Assembly (NCBI GenBank): GCA_012295275.1
Contig: CM022665.1
Coordinates: forward strand, 29,636,001 to 29,700,000
Length of the DNA: 64,000 bases
Source: Chrysomallon squamiferum
Taxonomy: Eukaryota > Animalia > Mollusca
Direction: 5' to 3'
Positions 25,763 through 38,947 of this stretch are shown here, piece after piece. Both the position numbers and the translations under genes were made by a program. The notes under the pieces are model-generated. The model did not search any database and was not told the DNA's origin. It saw nothing but the letters and a program-made list of their open reading frames with translations. Every line of letters starts with the position of its first letter. Within the stretch, counting starts at the first letter, position 1.

Positions 25763-27136
25763 ACATACTTGATGTTAATTTAAAAATATAGCTCGAAAGC
25801 TCATATATTTTAATTCATATTTATATCAATTATTTGTTTTACTTCTGAGCATTTAGTTTGCATAGGCTACGGCCCTTAATACCAATTTACTATCTAAACA
25901 TTTGGCCATGGTATCCCAACATTATTTAGGGAGACAGATCTTTTAAGTTTTAGACTAGGTAGGAGTGAACAGTTTGTACCACTAAACGATGAATATATTA
26001 CGAAAAATCAACGACCAGGAAATAAAAAATATTATTACGCAAGTCCTTTTCAGTAATAAATTACATATGTCTGTGTACGTTTATTAATTTGAAACCACAT
26101 TCTGGAACATCTTGACAATGAAGAAAAATTGGTAAAAGATTTATATTGTGTAAATCAAAGAGTAATTATATTTGTTTAACGGCCTGAAGTGATGGAACTG
26201 TGTCGATAACAAACGCCTCGAGAGTAATTATACTTACAACAGTTATTACCGAAATATATTGAGGTTTCTTTCACTACATATTCATTAATCATTCATTTAT
26301 AATTTAGTTTTCACTGCATCTCACATTCATCTTTTTGTTTTCAATTTCGTAGACCGATGAACTAAGAAGAAATATTTCATCTTCTGTTTTCAGTTTTAAT
26401 ATGATGCCGTTGTTTTTTGAATATTCGTAGATTGTTCTTTGCTTCTGTTTTCAGTTTATATTTAATTTCGTTTTTCATAATATGCATCGGTAGGGTTTAC
26501 ATATTATAAAAGAAAATGCAAATAGATATAATTATCTGATATAAATATGATATAACTGTATAATATACTTGTACAAATACCGACTATTCTGCTGGGTTTC
26601 GAACTCACAGAGACGTTTGCGATGAAATTTATTATAACAGTCCAGACGTTATAATCACGAAACCTGGCAAACTATTCGGACAAATTGAACATTACTATGA
26701 GCTGCTTAATGCTCTGTTATTCTAACTACAGCTGTCTGTTTTCAATTACTTTTCATTTTCGTTTGTTTTCTGTTGACGTAGTTCGAAGCGTGCAATCTGT
26801 GGCTTCGACAGACAACAGAATGTACTTAATTTGTCAGAGAAAAAAGACAAAAAGAAGACCTTCGTCTTTTGTACCTTATATTTTGCAACCAGGAAATGTC
26901 AGTCTTCTTGAGAAAAACTGACATATGTAAATTAATAAGAGAAAATTATGAATTGTTGTCCTTTTAAAAGGAGAATCTAATTAAATTATATTTATTTCAA
27001 TTTATCTGGCTTTTTTGTGATTTTGAAACCTACGCAAACTAAATTCTCAGAAGTAAAACAAATAATAGATATAAATATGAATTAATATGTATGAGCTTTC
27101 GAGCTATATATTCTAAACTCTAACATCATAGTATGT
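25763..27136. mobile_element. ~1.4-kb element bounded by ~105-bp imperfect inverted repeats (non-autonomous DNA transposon / foldback)
   Basis: 25763-25866 (…atagctcgaaagctcata…aattcatatttatatc…attatttgttttacttctgag…) is the reverse complement of 27029-27136. No clear TSD and no ORF. Confidence 0.7.
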
Positions 27137-28130
27137 ATATAAAACAAAAGAAAAGAAGTAAATGAAACAAGACAAGCAATAATAAATAATCTTGTATGCT
27201 TTCTTGATCAGAATATGATAATGAAAATTGTCAAAATTAATTCTTTTATGTTAAGAACAGCAGAAAAAAACACACGTTTACGTGAGATTTTGTAATATTA
27301 AGATAATAAAAGTATTAAATAGCACAGACACATGATAATTACAAAACTGATTAAATCTTGATTTTTGTAGGATATAAAATTCGTAAGTATTTTAGTAGGA
27401 TGAACTGCCTTGGGCCTATCAAATCCATCAACCTTATTTTTTTGTTCTCACAACTATTCATCTCATTTCCATCCAGCGGACACACAGCTGATCCATTTTA
27501 CAGTCGTTTCTCGTTTCTGTGTCATTTCGTTTCTAGCCCCATTGTTATCTCGAGGTCATTTTCTAGATTCTTTAACTATTGTGTCATGCAGTACTCATTT
27601 AAAGTCCATTTGCCAGTTTCTTGTAATAAGTTCATCACGATTTCGTCCTAAACTAGTTTGCCTGTAGTGTCTTGAATATCCAGTCTTTACGTGAAAAATC
27701 ATTTTATAACAAAGAACAACAAAACTCCCTCAAATAACACTACTTTTAATAACAATACAAACAAATATTCCATGACGGATCGAATCGGAAATCACCTAAT
27801 CTACTTTTATGTAACTACCAAAGTAACCTTAAAGGTATATTTTATTTTTACCACGCACCACCGTAGTCATTGGCTGTATTTTTAACAAGTTTTATCAGTT
27901 TTTCTGACGAACTCTATCATCAAGACCGAACAGTGAAGTAACTCTTCATGTATTTCAAGATTCCCTGATAAATTACTTTCAGCACATAATTTATTATTTT
28001 ACACTGCATACATTCATTCAGCAATGCCATATGTTTACATCTTCGAAAAGAAATACTGTACAATCATATATTATTTTCATAGCTTCATGTACTTTAAGTC
28101 CTATTATTTAATTATTTATAGATAGATTTC

Positions 28131-28525
28131 TCTATAACCACCTACCTACTAAACTATCTTTACTACATATCAACTACCGTCAGTCCCTAACATTCATCTG
28201 TCTGTCTGTCATTTTATCTATCTCTACGTCTGTCGGTCTATCTCTCCATCTCTCCATCTACCTGTCTGCCTATTTATCTTTCTCTGTCTGTCAATCAGTC
28301 TATCTACCCACTGACCTGTTTGTCTATTTATCTGTCTCTATGTCTGTCTGTCTATTTATCTTTCTCTATGTCTGTCTGTCTGTATGTCAATCCATCTGTC
28401 TGTCTGTCTGTCTATCCATCTGCCTGTCTGTTTGTCCACCTGCCTATCTCTAACTTAATTTATGTTAAGGCCTCCTTTACATGATTACAAATATAAACAA
28501 ACATGCACACGGATTTGCACGCTAG
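28131..28525 (+). repeat. Degenerate (TCTG/TCTA)n tract, possibly within a Helitron-like non-autonomous element
   Basis: Tetranucleotide tract at about 28195-28450. The region starts with TCTATA and ends with CACGG…CGCTAG|T. The Helitron reading is tentative. Confidence 0.4.
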
Positions 28526-29944
28526 TCTAATATCTAACGCCAACTTATTTAGCTAATCAAAATCATAAGTACATATTTTAAAACCGAATTTGCCTAATAT
28601 AAAACACGAAGGAACGATCTTTAATTATACAAGCTGTAATCAAATTATTACCACTTGTGAAATAATTAACTTCCGTTGTAATTTCTCAAATATTTTATTA
28701 ATTAAAATTCACGCGACGTACGAGCAGGTAATCCTCTCGATTTTGTAAAGGGAAGTCGTTAAAATACGTTTACAACGTGTAACAGGAACAGATGTTCCAA
28801 ATGTAACAATGAACTTGTATTTTAATGGTACCTGTTGTATATCACCTGAAACTGAGTAGAATAAACACTCGTGGCGGACTACACCATTATGGGTTACTTG
28901 AGCCACAGATTAACAGCTCCCGCTTGGCTGGTGAAAAAGCATATAATGCTAATTTGCCTGGTCCGATAATATTTGCAGAAATCTTTCTCAGTCTAGGTGA
29001 TGGTTCCTCTGCGAGCGTCGCTACAGAAAGTTGCACGATCTTCGAGTCGATAGATGTCATTGCCTGAATACGTCTTTCTCGGGCAACCAATCACAGCTAG
29101 TGAAGACGTGACTGTCTCCTCGATATATCAGTATTAAAATGCAGACAGGGAGCTAGTAAACTTCACTGCAGAGCGTAACTGGGATGAAGTATTTTTTCTT
29201 TAAATTGTGAATGTGGAAGAAAAGTATATTATTTTAAATGTGAATATGGAACAAATCGTTTTTTTCTTTTAAATATTAAAGTGGAAGAAAAATTATTTTG
29301 TTTTGCTCTTAACAGTGAACATAAAATCGTGATCAAAAAAAAAAAAAAAAACACCAAAAAACCCCACAACTGTATCAATAGGTTTGTCTACATATAAAAG
29401 GATTAATGTGTTTTCAATATAAAACTGGATTTTCAAGAATTAAATGAAAAGTCTGAGATGAACGGGAAAAGAGAAAAGTGAACGACACACGAGCTTAAAG
29501 TGATATAATTCGTCAAATTCATTTTTTACATCTGACTTTAAAAATCAATTGTTTTTTTTATAAACATTATGAAGAAATAACTTTAGGAATTTTAAGCCAT
29601 GTGAATGTTTAAGAACTTTATAGAAAATATTACTTTCACATAATTAAAAGATTTTCTATATAATGCCAAATTAAACTTTGACATTCATGGAAGTTTGTTC
29701 TTGACTGATTTCGGATCACCGAGACACACGTATATCTCTGGACAGAGTAAGAAAAATAGTTAAATAAACAATAAATAAAAATAATAAAAGTAAAAATAAA
29801 ATTAAAATACTTTGAATACTTTCCACAGCTGGTTGCAGTACTGCTCCTCAGAGAACAAGATAGGTAATCAGGATTACATACTCGAAGACGCTTTGATACT
29901 TCTCACCTGCACTCTTTCAGGATTCTTCAACAAAATTAAAAAGC

Positions 29945-30392
29945 AAAATGCTGAAGAAGTGATAAAACAAGAACCAAAAATAAAAGAATTAAAAGTGAGA
30001 TAAAAACAGTAAAAAAAAAAAAAAAAAAAAAAAAATAATTTAAAAAAATCAATAAATGTAAAAAAAATAAAATAAAAAAAATCACGTCTCCATTTACATC
30101 AGCTTCAAAGATAAAAACTATTCAATGCCAAAAGCTGACATGTGTCGTCTTTATCAGGAATAAGCAGAAGAAGTGAAAATCAAGAAAAAAAGAAAAGAAG
30201 TAAAAGTAATTAAAAAAACAGTACAAAATAATAATAATAATAACAATAAAATAATTTAATAATAATAATAAGAAGAAGAAGAAGAAGAAGAAAAAAAAGA
30301 AGAAAAATCACGTCTACATTTACATCAGCTTCAAAGATAAAAACTATTCAGTGCCAAAAGGTGACACACATCGTCTTTATCAGGAATAAGCA
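29945..30392 (+). repeat. Tandem duplication of a ~220-bp unit upstream of the GPCR start
   Basis: atcacgtct…catttacatcagcttcaaagataaaaactattca…tcgtctttatcaggaataagca occurs at 30081-30166 and 30307-30392. Each copy is preceded by gaagaagtga…aaacagt. Confidence 0.85.
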
Positions 30393-30814
30393 AGATGCTT
30401 AAAACATTTTTAAAATTATATTTATAAAAGGCTGTTCAAACGTTTGATCCTGTCTGTTGCTGTACATAAACCTCTAAAGAGAAAACATCCACCACAGCTG
30501 TTCTACATACGCGATAATTGGTACTACGGCCAGCGGCTACTGACGGACATAAGCAATTTTCTTTATCTAAATTATGTATTGTTTTATCGTATATGAAAAT
30601 ATAGTATAAGTGAACTGTTCGGAAAATTATTTTCAATTTTCATTTAATGATTGTTTTTTTTTTGTTGTTTTTTTTTTGCTTTGTCGTTGCCGTTGCTGAT
30701 GTTTTCCTTCATAAGGGAAACTAAATAACTGATTTATTTTCGGATAAGAGTTGATTTTGAACTGTAAAAAGTGAAACAAGAGTGTTGACATTTTGAAAAA
30801 TAAAACTTTTCAAA

Positions 30815-31314
30815 ATGAATTCGGCTACACCTCGACCGATATTGTACGAGACAGTGAACACGTCATATCAGACTATAAACATGATTTTCCTCAGTAACAG
30901 TACACTGGGAAACTTCAACGAAACTGCAGTGCCTAAAGACGACATAGACAATGAAATATGTAATGTTATGTCACTTCCACACCGAGACTTTACCCAAATC
31001 CCGGCCGTGACATTAACAATAGCTCTTGTGTACATCATCATCATCATTCTGGCCATCACAGGCAACTCTCTTGTCATCATGACGGTGTGGCGAAACAAAC
31101 ACATGCACACAGTGACCAACTACTATATTGTGAATCTCGCCATATCTGATTTATTAGTTTCCTCCATCGTGATGCCGCTAAAATTATTGGAGTATACAGC
31201 ACCATGTCACTGGCATGTCTTCGGAAGTGACGCACTGTGTTCAGTTCTGTACTATCTTTTGCCAATCTTTGTCTTTGCCAGTGTACTCACCTTGGTTGCC
31301 ATATCGTTGGAAAG
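30815..31314 (+). CDS. Class A (rhodopsin-like) neuropeptide-type GPCR, first coding exon (N-terminus to end of TM3)
   Basis: TM1 GN, ICL1 NKHMHTVTNYYIVNLAISD (TM2 D2.50), TM3 Cys and ASVLTLVAISLER. N-glycosylation sequons NTS, NST, NET. caaaATG start with an upstream in-frame TGA. Donor AG|GTAAGT splits the Arg of E-R-Y (phase 2). Confidence 0.95.
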
Positions 31315-34172
31315 GTAAGTAGTAAATAATATCATGTCCACCTTCCTAATAAACAACAACAACAGCAACAACAGCAAAACAAACAAAGATAAAACAACAA
31401 CAAAAAAAAAAAAAAAAAAAAAAAACCCACAGCAACACCAAGAAAGAAACAAACAAAAAGACAGGATAAATATTTAATTAAAATATGTAAATTTATAATT
31501 AAATGTTTATTTAATTTTTCACTGGTATTTTGGCCATCTTTACAGGAAACCAAGAAAGTCTTATTCATGCTTTAATTTCTGAAACAAACTGTTCCTTTTT
31601 TTTTTGAGTGTGTTTGTCTCTGCACTTGAGTATTTTATTTTTCTATGTGTTTGTCAATATATTATTATATTTAAATGTCTTGTTTTATACGTTCCTGAAA
31701 GCAGAATCTTTTATGTCAATGATTCCTGATCCGTGGGCAGCATAAATAAACAAACTGCGCTGCCTTATCCATCCCAGGGAACACATGTCATGAATTTGTT
31801 AGAGAAATCTTGACATAAAGATTGACCAGTATTTAAACATTTTATTGATGCATTATTGTAAATATGGATTAACACAACCATAACGAATTCAATACATTGT
31901 ATTCCTACATTAATTCCGCTATTAAAAACCAGTCTTTGAAATCGAGATACGAAGATGACTGAAGAGTGTAGTAATTGGCTGAAATGCTTATCTCCCACAG
32001 CTGGCACTGGTGGTGTAAGTTACAGCGTGTGGGTAACGTCATAAGCTATCAGACTGATACGTCAGAGCAGTCTGATGGGACTGGTTTAAGTGTATTGCTA
32101 CTGACAGGTGATGGCGAAATATCTGGCCTCTCTTTGTACGCTCTTTATTCTTATTAATCTGAAAGATCAGCGGTTGAATAAAAGGAAAATCGATTTTAAA
32201 TGATAGTGTTGATCGATTGTAAATTTTTATGATCAGTTTCCAATGCTGATTTATTTAAAATATTCTTCAGTGTTGTTTTATTTGTGTTCTTTAATTTTCG
32301 TTACTGTTAGGTTTGTAGAAGCGGTGGTTTTATCAACAATTTGGATTTCTAACAAATATTTACTCTTAAATTGTTAACATTAAACCCAGTTTCAACTCTT
32401 ATATTTTCTGGGAAGAAATGGCCGTAAAGTCATAACGAATATAAATAAATAAATATATATATATATATTCGTTATATTTAAAATGCTATCAACCATTACC
32501 TTAAACACAACTAAAGATATGTTTTTGTATTTGTGTGTTTCTGTGCGTGGGTGTTTGTGTGGATGGAGGTGTTGGTGTGCGTGGCTCTATGAATGGTATA
32601 CACGTGTTGGAAAAAGAAAGATACTGACTGTAGAAAACAAAGCTAAAGAGGCGAAGAAAGAAACATTTGTTTTGTTGTTTTTTTTTTTTTTTTTTTCAAA
32701 TCATGCTCAAACGTGCTTAAGATAAGACATGTCAGTAACTGTTTTCTAACCCATCTTTACTGTAATCATAACTCAAAGAACACACAAAATAAAAACATGT
32801 CCAAGACAATGAGTAATGTTATTTAGAAACTGATATCATAATAAAATATTAACTATATCTAAATTAGACACAGGCAAATATATTGTTAGTTTGTTGTATG
32901 GATAAACGGACATATAGATAGCTATATAGACACATTCAGGTAGATAGAAAAATGTATAGGTAGGTATATGGATAGAATTACACAAAGAAGGAGAATAGAA
33001 AAAACCCAGCAGACAACAGAGAAAGAGAAGAAGAATGAAACTTCTTTGTTTTATATCAGGTACAAATGCACTTAGATTAAATCATATTATTAATTATTTT
33101 CTTGGCCATCTTTGAAGTGGGCACAGATTACGACAGACCCAGTAGCTGGTCTTTGTAACTGATATCTATTAAGTAACTTCTTTACTGGGCTTACAAGATG
33201 TAATCCTCCAAGACGTACAAATCCCTTCAATCCGGCAACATGGTACGAGTCATCAGCAATTGTTATTACAAAAAGTCTGGAGGATGTAGTCTTGTCAAGT
33301 ACTGCTGGTGTCTGGCAGTGGCGCTCACAAAACTCGTGAATCACTGAAAGATTTACGTTAAGTATACCGAAATCTACTGTAATCAATACTCAGAACTGTT
33401 CACTCAATAAGTCTGTAGTCCTGCCGTTCTCTAGCTATTGCCCATTATCGTCGCTGAGGCCAGTTTTCATAATTTACGGCAGCATTTCTCGGCTCCCGTG
33501 ATACTATACATCTGCAGTTTGCATGCCGCGTGACATCATTAATCTGAAGTGGGACGAATAGATGAGGTCATATAACTAATTAGACTGGAAATTACTATTT
33601 TTATTTTATTTATTTTATTTTATTTATTTTTTTTAAATACAAAATGCATTTTCAGATTAAAAGTTAGATGGATATTGGACATGCAATAGCAGATGTGTCT
33701 ACTGAGATTGGAATTATTGCAAATATGCATTACGTTGTACACACAAACGTTGTAATATGTTAGGTTCACGCCTGTAACAGCTTTTTGTTAATGGATTGAA
33801 TGAACATTTTGACTTAGTTCCAGTTATTATTTTATGTTGTCTCTGTTTTTGAAGTTATTGTTCATTTATTTTTATTTTGTGGGGGTTTGTTGTTTTTATT
33901 TCGGAGGGGATGGTTGTTGTTTGTTTTGTTATATTTGTATTGTTATATAATACATATAATATTATCTGTTTTGACTACAACAGTATCTTACTTACAACTA
34001 CTTTAAGGATATATTTTCTTAGTCTATTGCACAATCTGGCTTTGCATAATTCTAGAAAGGAGAGATTAGCACCAACAAATTAACTTTCAGTTTAGGTTAT
34101 AGTCATCAAAATCTAACATTTAGAAAATAATCTAAGTTTGATTTTGCATCACGATATTCAGATCTTCAAAAG

Positions 34173-34220
<48 letters not shown>

Positions 34221-35301
34221 CTTAAATCGTTAATAATCATCTGTAAAGTCAGATGATGATAAACAGAATTCGTTATAATTCACCAATGATGTTGTCTACA
34301 ATATTTCTGAAATTATATACATTAAAGTGATTTCAGCTGTGTAATGGTAAAGGAAGAGAAATAATAAACACTTCGTCATACTCACTTGATGTCTTCGGCG
34401 AACAGCTCATACAAATGATGAAATCAGAGGCGTATTTGCTATAAGAATCTTAAGCTGAGATAAAAAAAAAAAAAAAAAGTATTCTTTTGAAATATGACGT
34501 CTTTTATGTTATAAAAATATCATCATGCTGTTTTATTATTTTAAAATTACAGTGTTAATGAAAAAACCTTTTAATTTTATTTTTTGTTTATTTAATTTTA
34601 GTACAACTGGTTAGTTTGAGATTTCAGCGTACGAAGTAAACAAAAAATCTCTTTTGAACACAACGATTGAAATGACGTATTTGCCTTTGCAAATGTTAAT
34701 CTAGATTATAAAAAAAAAAAAAAATAGAAAAAAAAAAAAACTTAATCCAAGAATTATGAAAAAGAATAAGTAATTCTGGTTTTGGCTGGAATATTATTTA
34801 ACAGCGACAACAATATCATCCTCAAATGGCTAAGCATAAGAAATATAATTGTCTCAACACGTTACTCTGTCATAAAGAAAGATGAGCTTTACTATATTGC
34901 ACTGATTGTTTTCTTGTCTATTTTGACTAATCAATTTTCATAAAATGTTCAGTAAAACACATATAAATTTATAAGAACAATCAAATTAATGTCCTGACAG
35001 TTATCGACCGTGTTACCATCTATTTTGTCTTTTTATATATAACTTTGAATTGAGAAGTTCCTTTGATAGCGAACGCTTCATTGCTTTCATAACAATTCTC
35101 TAAAAACAATGCATGCTTGACATTTAATAATAAATGCTGTTGTTTAAACTGAAACAATTAGGGTAGAGACGCGAAATAAGTAGTTAAATTCTTTTATTTT
35201 TACGTAATGGCATTTGGATCGTCAAAAAGACTTAAGTATATATAATTTTGTATTATTTTATTTTTGAAATATACTGCCAAGATAATATTTATTATATTTA
35301 A

Positions 35302-35379
<78 letters not shown>

Positions 35380-37681
35380 ATAACTATCGTATATAAAATA
35401 ATGTATGCACCGTTGAAATAATTCTAACTTATGCATTACTGAAATCATATGCACTGCTATAAAATTACTGTGTTTCTTATTCGTTTAGAAGGTAGCACTA
35501 GCTATTTTGTTAAAATAGCTTTGCACACCATATTTAACCTGAGTTGCCCTTCCTCTTCCTGCTAATTTTCAATAATTATATCTGTGGCTAAAAAAAAAAA
35601 AAAAAACAACATATTTATGATGATAAAAATATGTTTATATTTTCATTCATTTAAAAAAAAAGAGAAGTAGTTTATCAATAATTAGCAACAACAGTTTCTG
35701 AATCTGTAGTCATGTGGAAAATCATATGAAATGTCAAGGATTCTATTTATAAATGTTAACAGTGATTCCATCTTTTACTAAAACTAACTTGAGATTTACA
35801 ATATCACTTTTAAATAACAGTTTAACATATTAATACTAGCACTGACATAGACAAATAACCCTGACTGACGGTATTCTGTTAAGCTTACATATTTCTGTAA
35901 GACAGAAACGGGGAAAAAAAAAAAAAAAAAATAAAATAAAATAAAAAAAAAACCATCAAAGACATTATTTAAATAATAAATAAATAAATAAAAGTACAGA
36001 AAAAAGAAGCCATCAATAGTAATAACAAAATAGAATCAACAACAACAAAGGCTTGATAAATAAATAAATAAATAAAAACACCACAACCCCCCAAAAACAA
36101 AACTACACCAAACAGAAAAAAAAACAACAAAAAAAACAAACAAACAAATACTGACAAAAACAAAGAAAACCCCAGATGAACTTTTTTTTTCAGTTGCATT
36201 TCACTGGTTTTGACATAGATATTAAAAAATAAAATGCCCATGACAATAACTGCAAGACTTGTATGTGACTGTTTTCTCACTAAAAACATTGCTATGAGCA
36301 GCTATAGTAACAACAACAACAACAACAACAGCAACAAAAACAATAACAACAACAACAACAAGAATAATAATAATAATAATAATAATAACAACAGTAAATT
36401 TAAAAAGCCTAACGCTTTATTTCTCTGAATGAATATATTATTAATTTTATTTTTCACAAACTTTATCACCATCAGTTTCATTATTTGATGAATTCTTTTG
36501 TTCCTGTTCTCTTTTTTTGTTTTGTTTCCTATTTTTTTTTTTTTTTTTTCCTTTTTTAAACCTCTTCCAGGTTGTGAAACAACAAATTAAGTTTTGTTTG
36601 TATTCATTCCACGATCACTACAATACGGAAACTGTACATGATTGATAACTTTATCAGAATGTATTAGCTTTTTTTTTTTTTTTCTAAACGTATCATCAGA
36701 CAACCTATTTTCGTTCTAATGCAATCAGTTTTAATAACCTCCATTCTCAGTTGGCTGTTAGACCACGGCTACAGTCGATTTGGTTCATACAAACAAATGT
36801 CATCAAGATGATAATAACAAAACCTAGATAGTTTTGCAGTTAACAAAAATAAATTAAATAAATAAATAAATAAATAATAGAAAAACAATATGACAAAGGG
36901 GAAATAAAAAGATTATGCTTATATATAGATGTGTTAATAAAAAAAAAAATATATAAGTCAGTCAATATTTTCTTTTTTTCCCGTCAGCTCAACACACTTA
37001 TTATTATTATTATTAATTTTTCAAACATAATGGTAATGACAGGAAATCCGACGCCATTCCATGCCTGCACTAACGCATTTACAAGAATTTGTCAGACATT
37101 TTCTAAAAAAGTGAGAAATACGAAGAATATATATATATATATTTTAAATATATATATAAACAAAAAACATTCTTCCCATTATGAGAAATATCTCTTTTTT
37201 GTAATATGCCAGAAAACATCTAACACACTCAGTTTGCCGTCACTGAAAAGGTTAGATCCTACGACCCGTCACGCCTACAATCCACTCTTTAAGGTACATA
37301 ACAGCTCCCAAATTAGAAATAAAACTAATATGCGTTATAAAGTGTTTCTTTACAGTGATCAGTTTATAAATATAGCATTAAGTACCACAAACCAATCATT
37401 GGATAGTCCAATTAAAAGAAAGTGCTTATAAACATAGTTATATTTTGGAGTGACAAATTGAATTGTGTCTCTTTGAGTTTATATTTCCAGTTTATTTTTA
37501 GTTTTGACCTTTTATTTCTTTCTTCTAATGTGACTGAAATGTGTTACTTGCAAAATAAGCAGTATTAATTGCTGAGATTTAAGAACAGCTTGAAAATAAA
37601 CAAACCAAAAAATAAAATAAAATAAAATAAAATAAATAATGGACTTTTTTCCAGCAGTATTAGAAAATTAACTATAAAACT

Positions 37682-38947
37682 ATTTCATGGTAGCAGGTTT
37701 CATTTGTTTCTTTCAGTAGACAAGTTCATTGTGTCAGGTTTCGTTTATTTCAGTAGACAAGTTTATGGTGACAGGTTTCGTTTGTATATTTCAATAGACA
37801 AGTTCATGGTCGCAGGTTTCGTTTGTATATTTCAGTAGACAGTTTCATGGTGGGGTGTTTCATTTTTTTTCTTTCAGTAGACAAGTTCGTGGTAGCAGTT
37901 TTCATTTGTTTCTTTGAGTAGACAAGTTCATGGTCGCATGTTTCGTTTGTATATTTCAATAGACAAGTTCATGGTCGCAGGTTTCGTTTGTATATTTCAG
38001 TAGACAGTTTCATGGTGGGGTGTTTCATTTTTTTTCTTTCAGTAGACAAGTTCATGGTAGCAGTTTTCATTTGTTTCTTTGAGTAGACAAGTTCATGGTG
38101 GAAGGTTTCGTTTGTATATTTCAGTAGACAAGTTCATGGTCGTAGGTTTCGTTTGTATATTTCAGTAGATAATTTCATGGTGTCAGATTTCGTTTGTATA
38201 TTTCAGTAGACAAGTTCATGGTGGCAGGTTTCGTTTGTTTATTTCAGTAGACAAGTTTATGGTGACAGGTTACTGTTTTCTTTTTTTTTCAGTAGACAAA
38301 TTAATGGTGACAGGTTTCGTTTTTTTCCTGTAGACAAGTTCATGGTTTCGTTTGTTTCTTTCAGTAGACACGTTTATGTGAGAACTTTCGTTTGTTTATT
38401 TCAGTAGACAAGTTCGTGGTGACAGGTTTCATTTGTTTTTTTTTCAGTAGACAAATTTCGTTTTTTCCTGTGGCAAGTTCATGGTTTCGTTTGTTTATTT
38501 CAGTAGACAAGTTCATTGTGAGAAGGTTTCGTTTGTTTATTTCAGTAGACAAGTTCATGGTGACAGGTTTCATTTGTTTCTTTTAGTAGACAAATTCATG
38601 GTGGCAGGTTTCGTTTGTTTATTTCAGTAGACAAGTTCATTGTGGAAGGTTTCGTTTGTTTATTTCAGTAGACAAGTTTATGGTGACAGGTTACGGCTTT
38701 CTTTTTTTTCAGTAGACAAATTAATGGTGACAGGTTTCTTTTTTTTTTCAGTAGACAAGGTCGTGGTTTCGTTTGTTTCAGTAGAAAAGTTCATGATTTC
38801 GTTTGTTTCAGTAGACACGTTTATGGTGAGAACTTTCGTTTGTTTATTTCAATAGACACGTTTATGGTGACAGGTTTCATTTGTTTCTTTTAGTAGAAAA
38901 ATTGAGGATGACGTGTTCCTTTTGTTTCATTCAGTAGACAAATTCAC
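37682..38947 (+). repeat. Minisatellite, ~41-bp unit (tttcagtagacaagttcatggtgacaggtttcgtttgttta), about 30 copies
   Basis: Directly visible tandem units with variants and block duplications. Confidence 0.95.

Noticed and set aside
27358-27700. Possible LINE 3' remnant or short ORFs
   Set aside because: I could not recognise reverse-transcriptase or endonuclease motifs in any frame.
30868-31265. Minus-strand ORFs overlapping the GPCR exon
   Set aside because: Antisense shadows with no recognisable motifs.
36931-37431. 166-aa plus-strand ORF
   Set aside because: Non-ATG start, low-complexity AT-rich composition and no domain motifs.
37682-38947. 41-bp array as CRISPR
   Set aside because: The entire unit is repeated with point variants, and there are no unique spacers.
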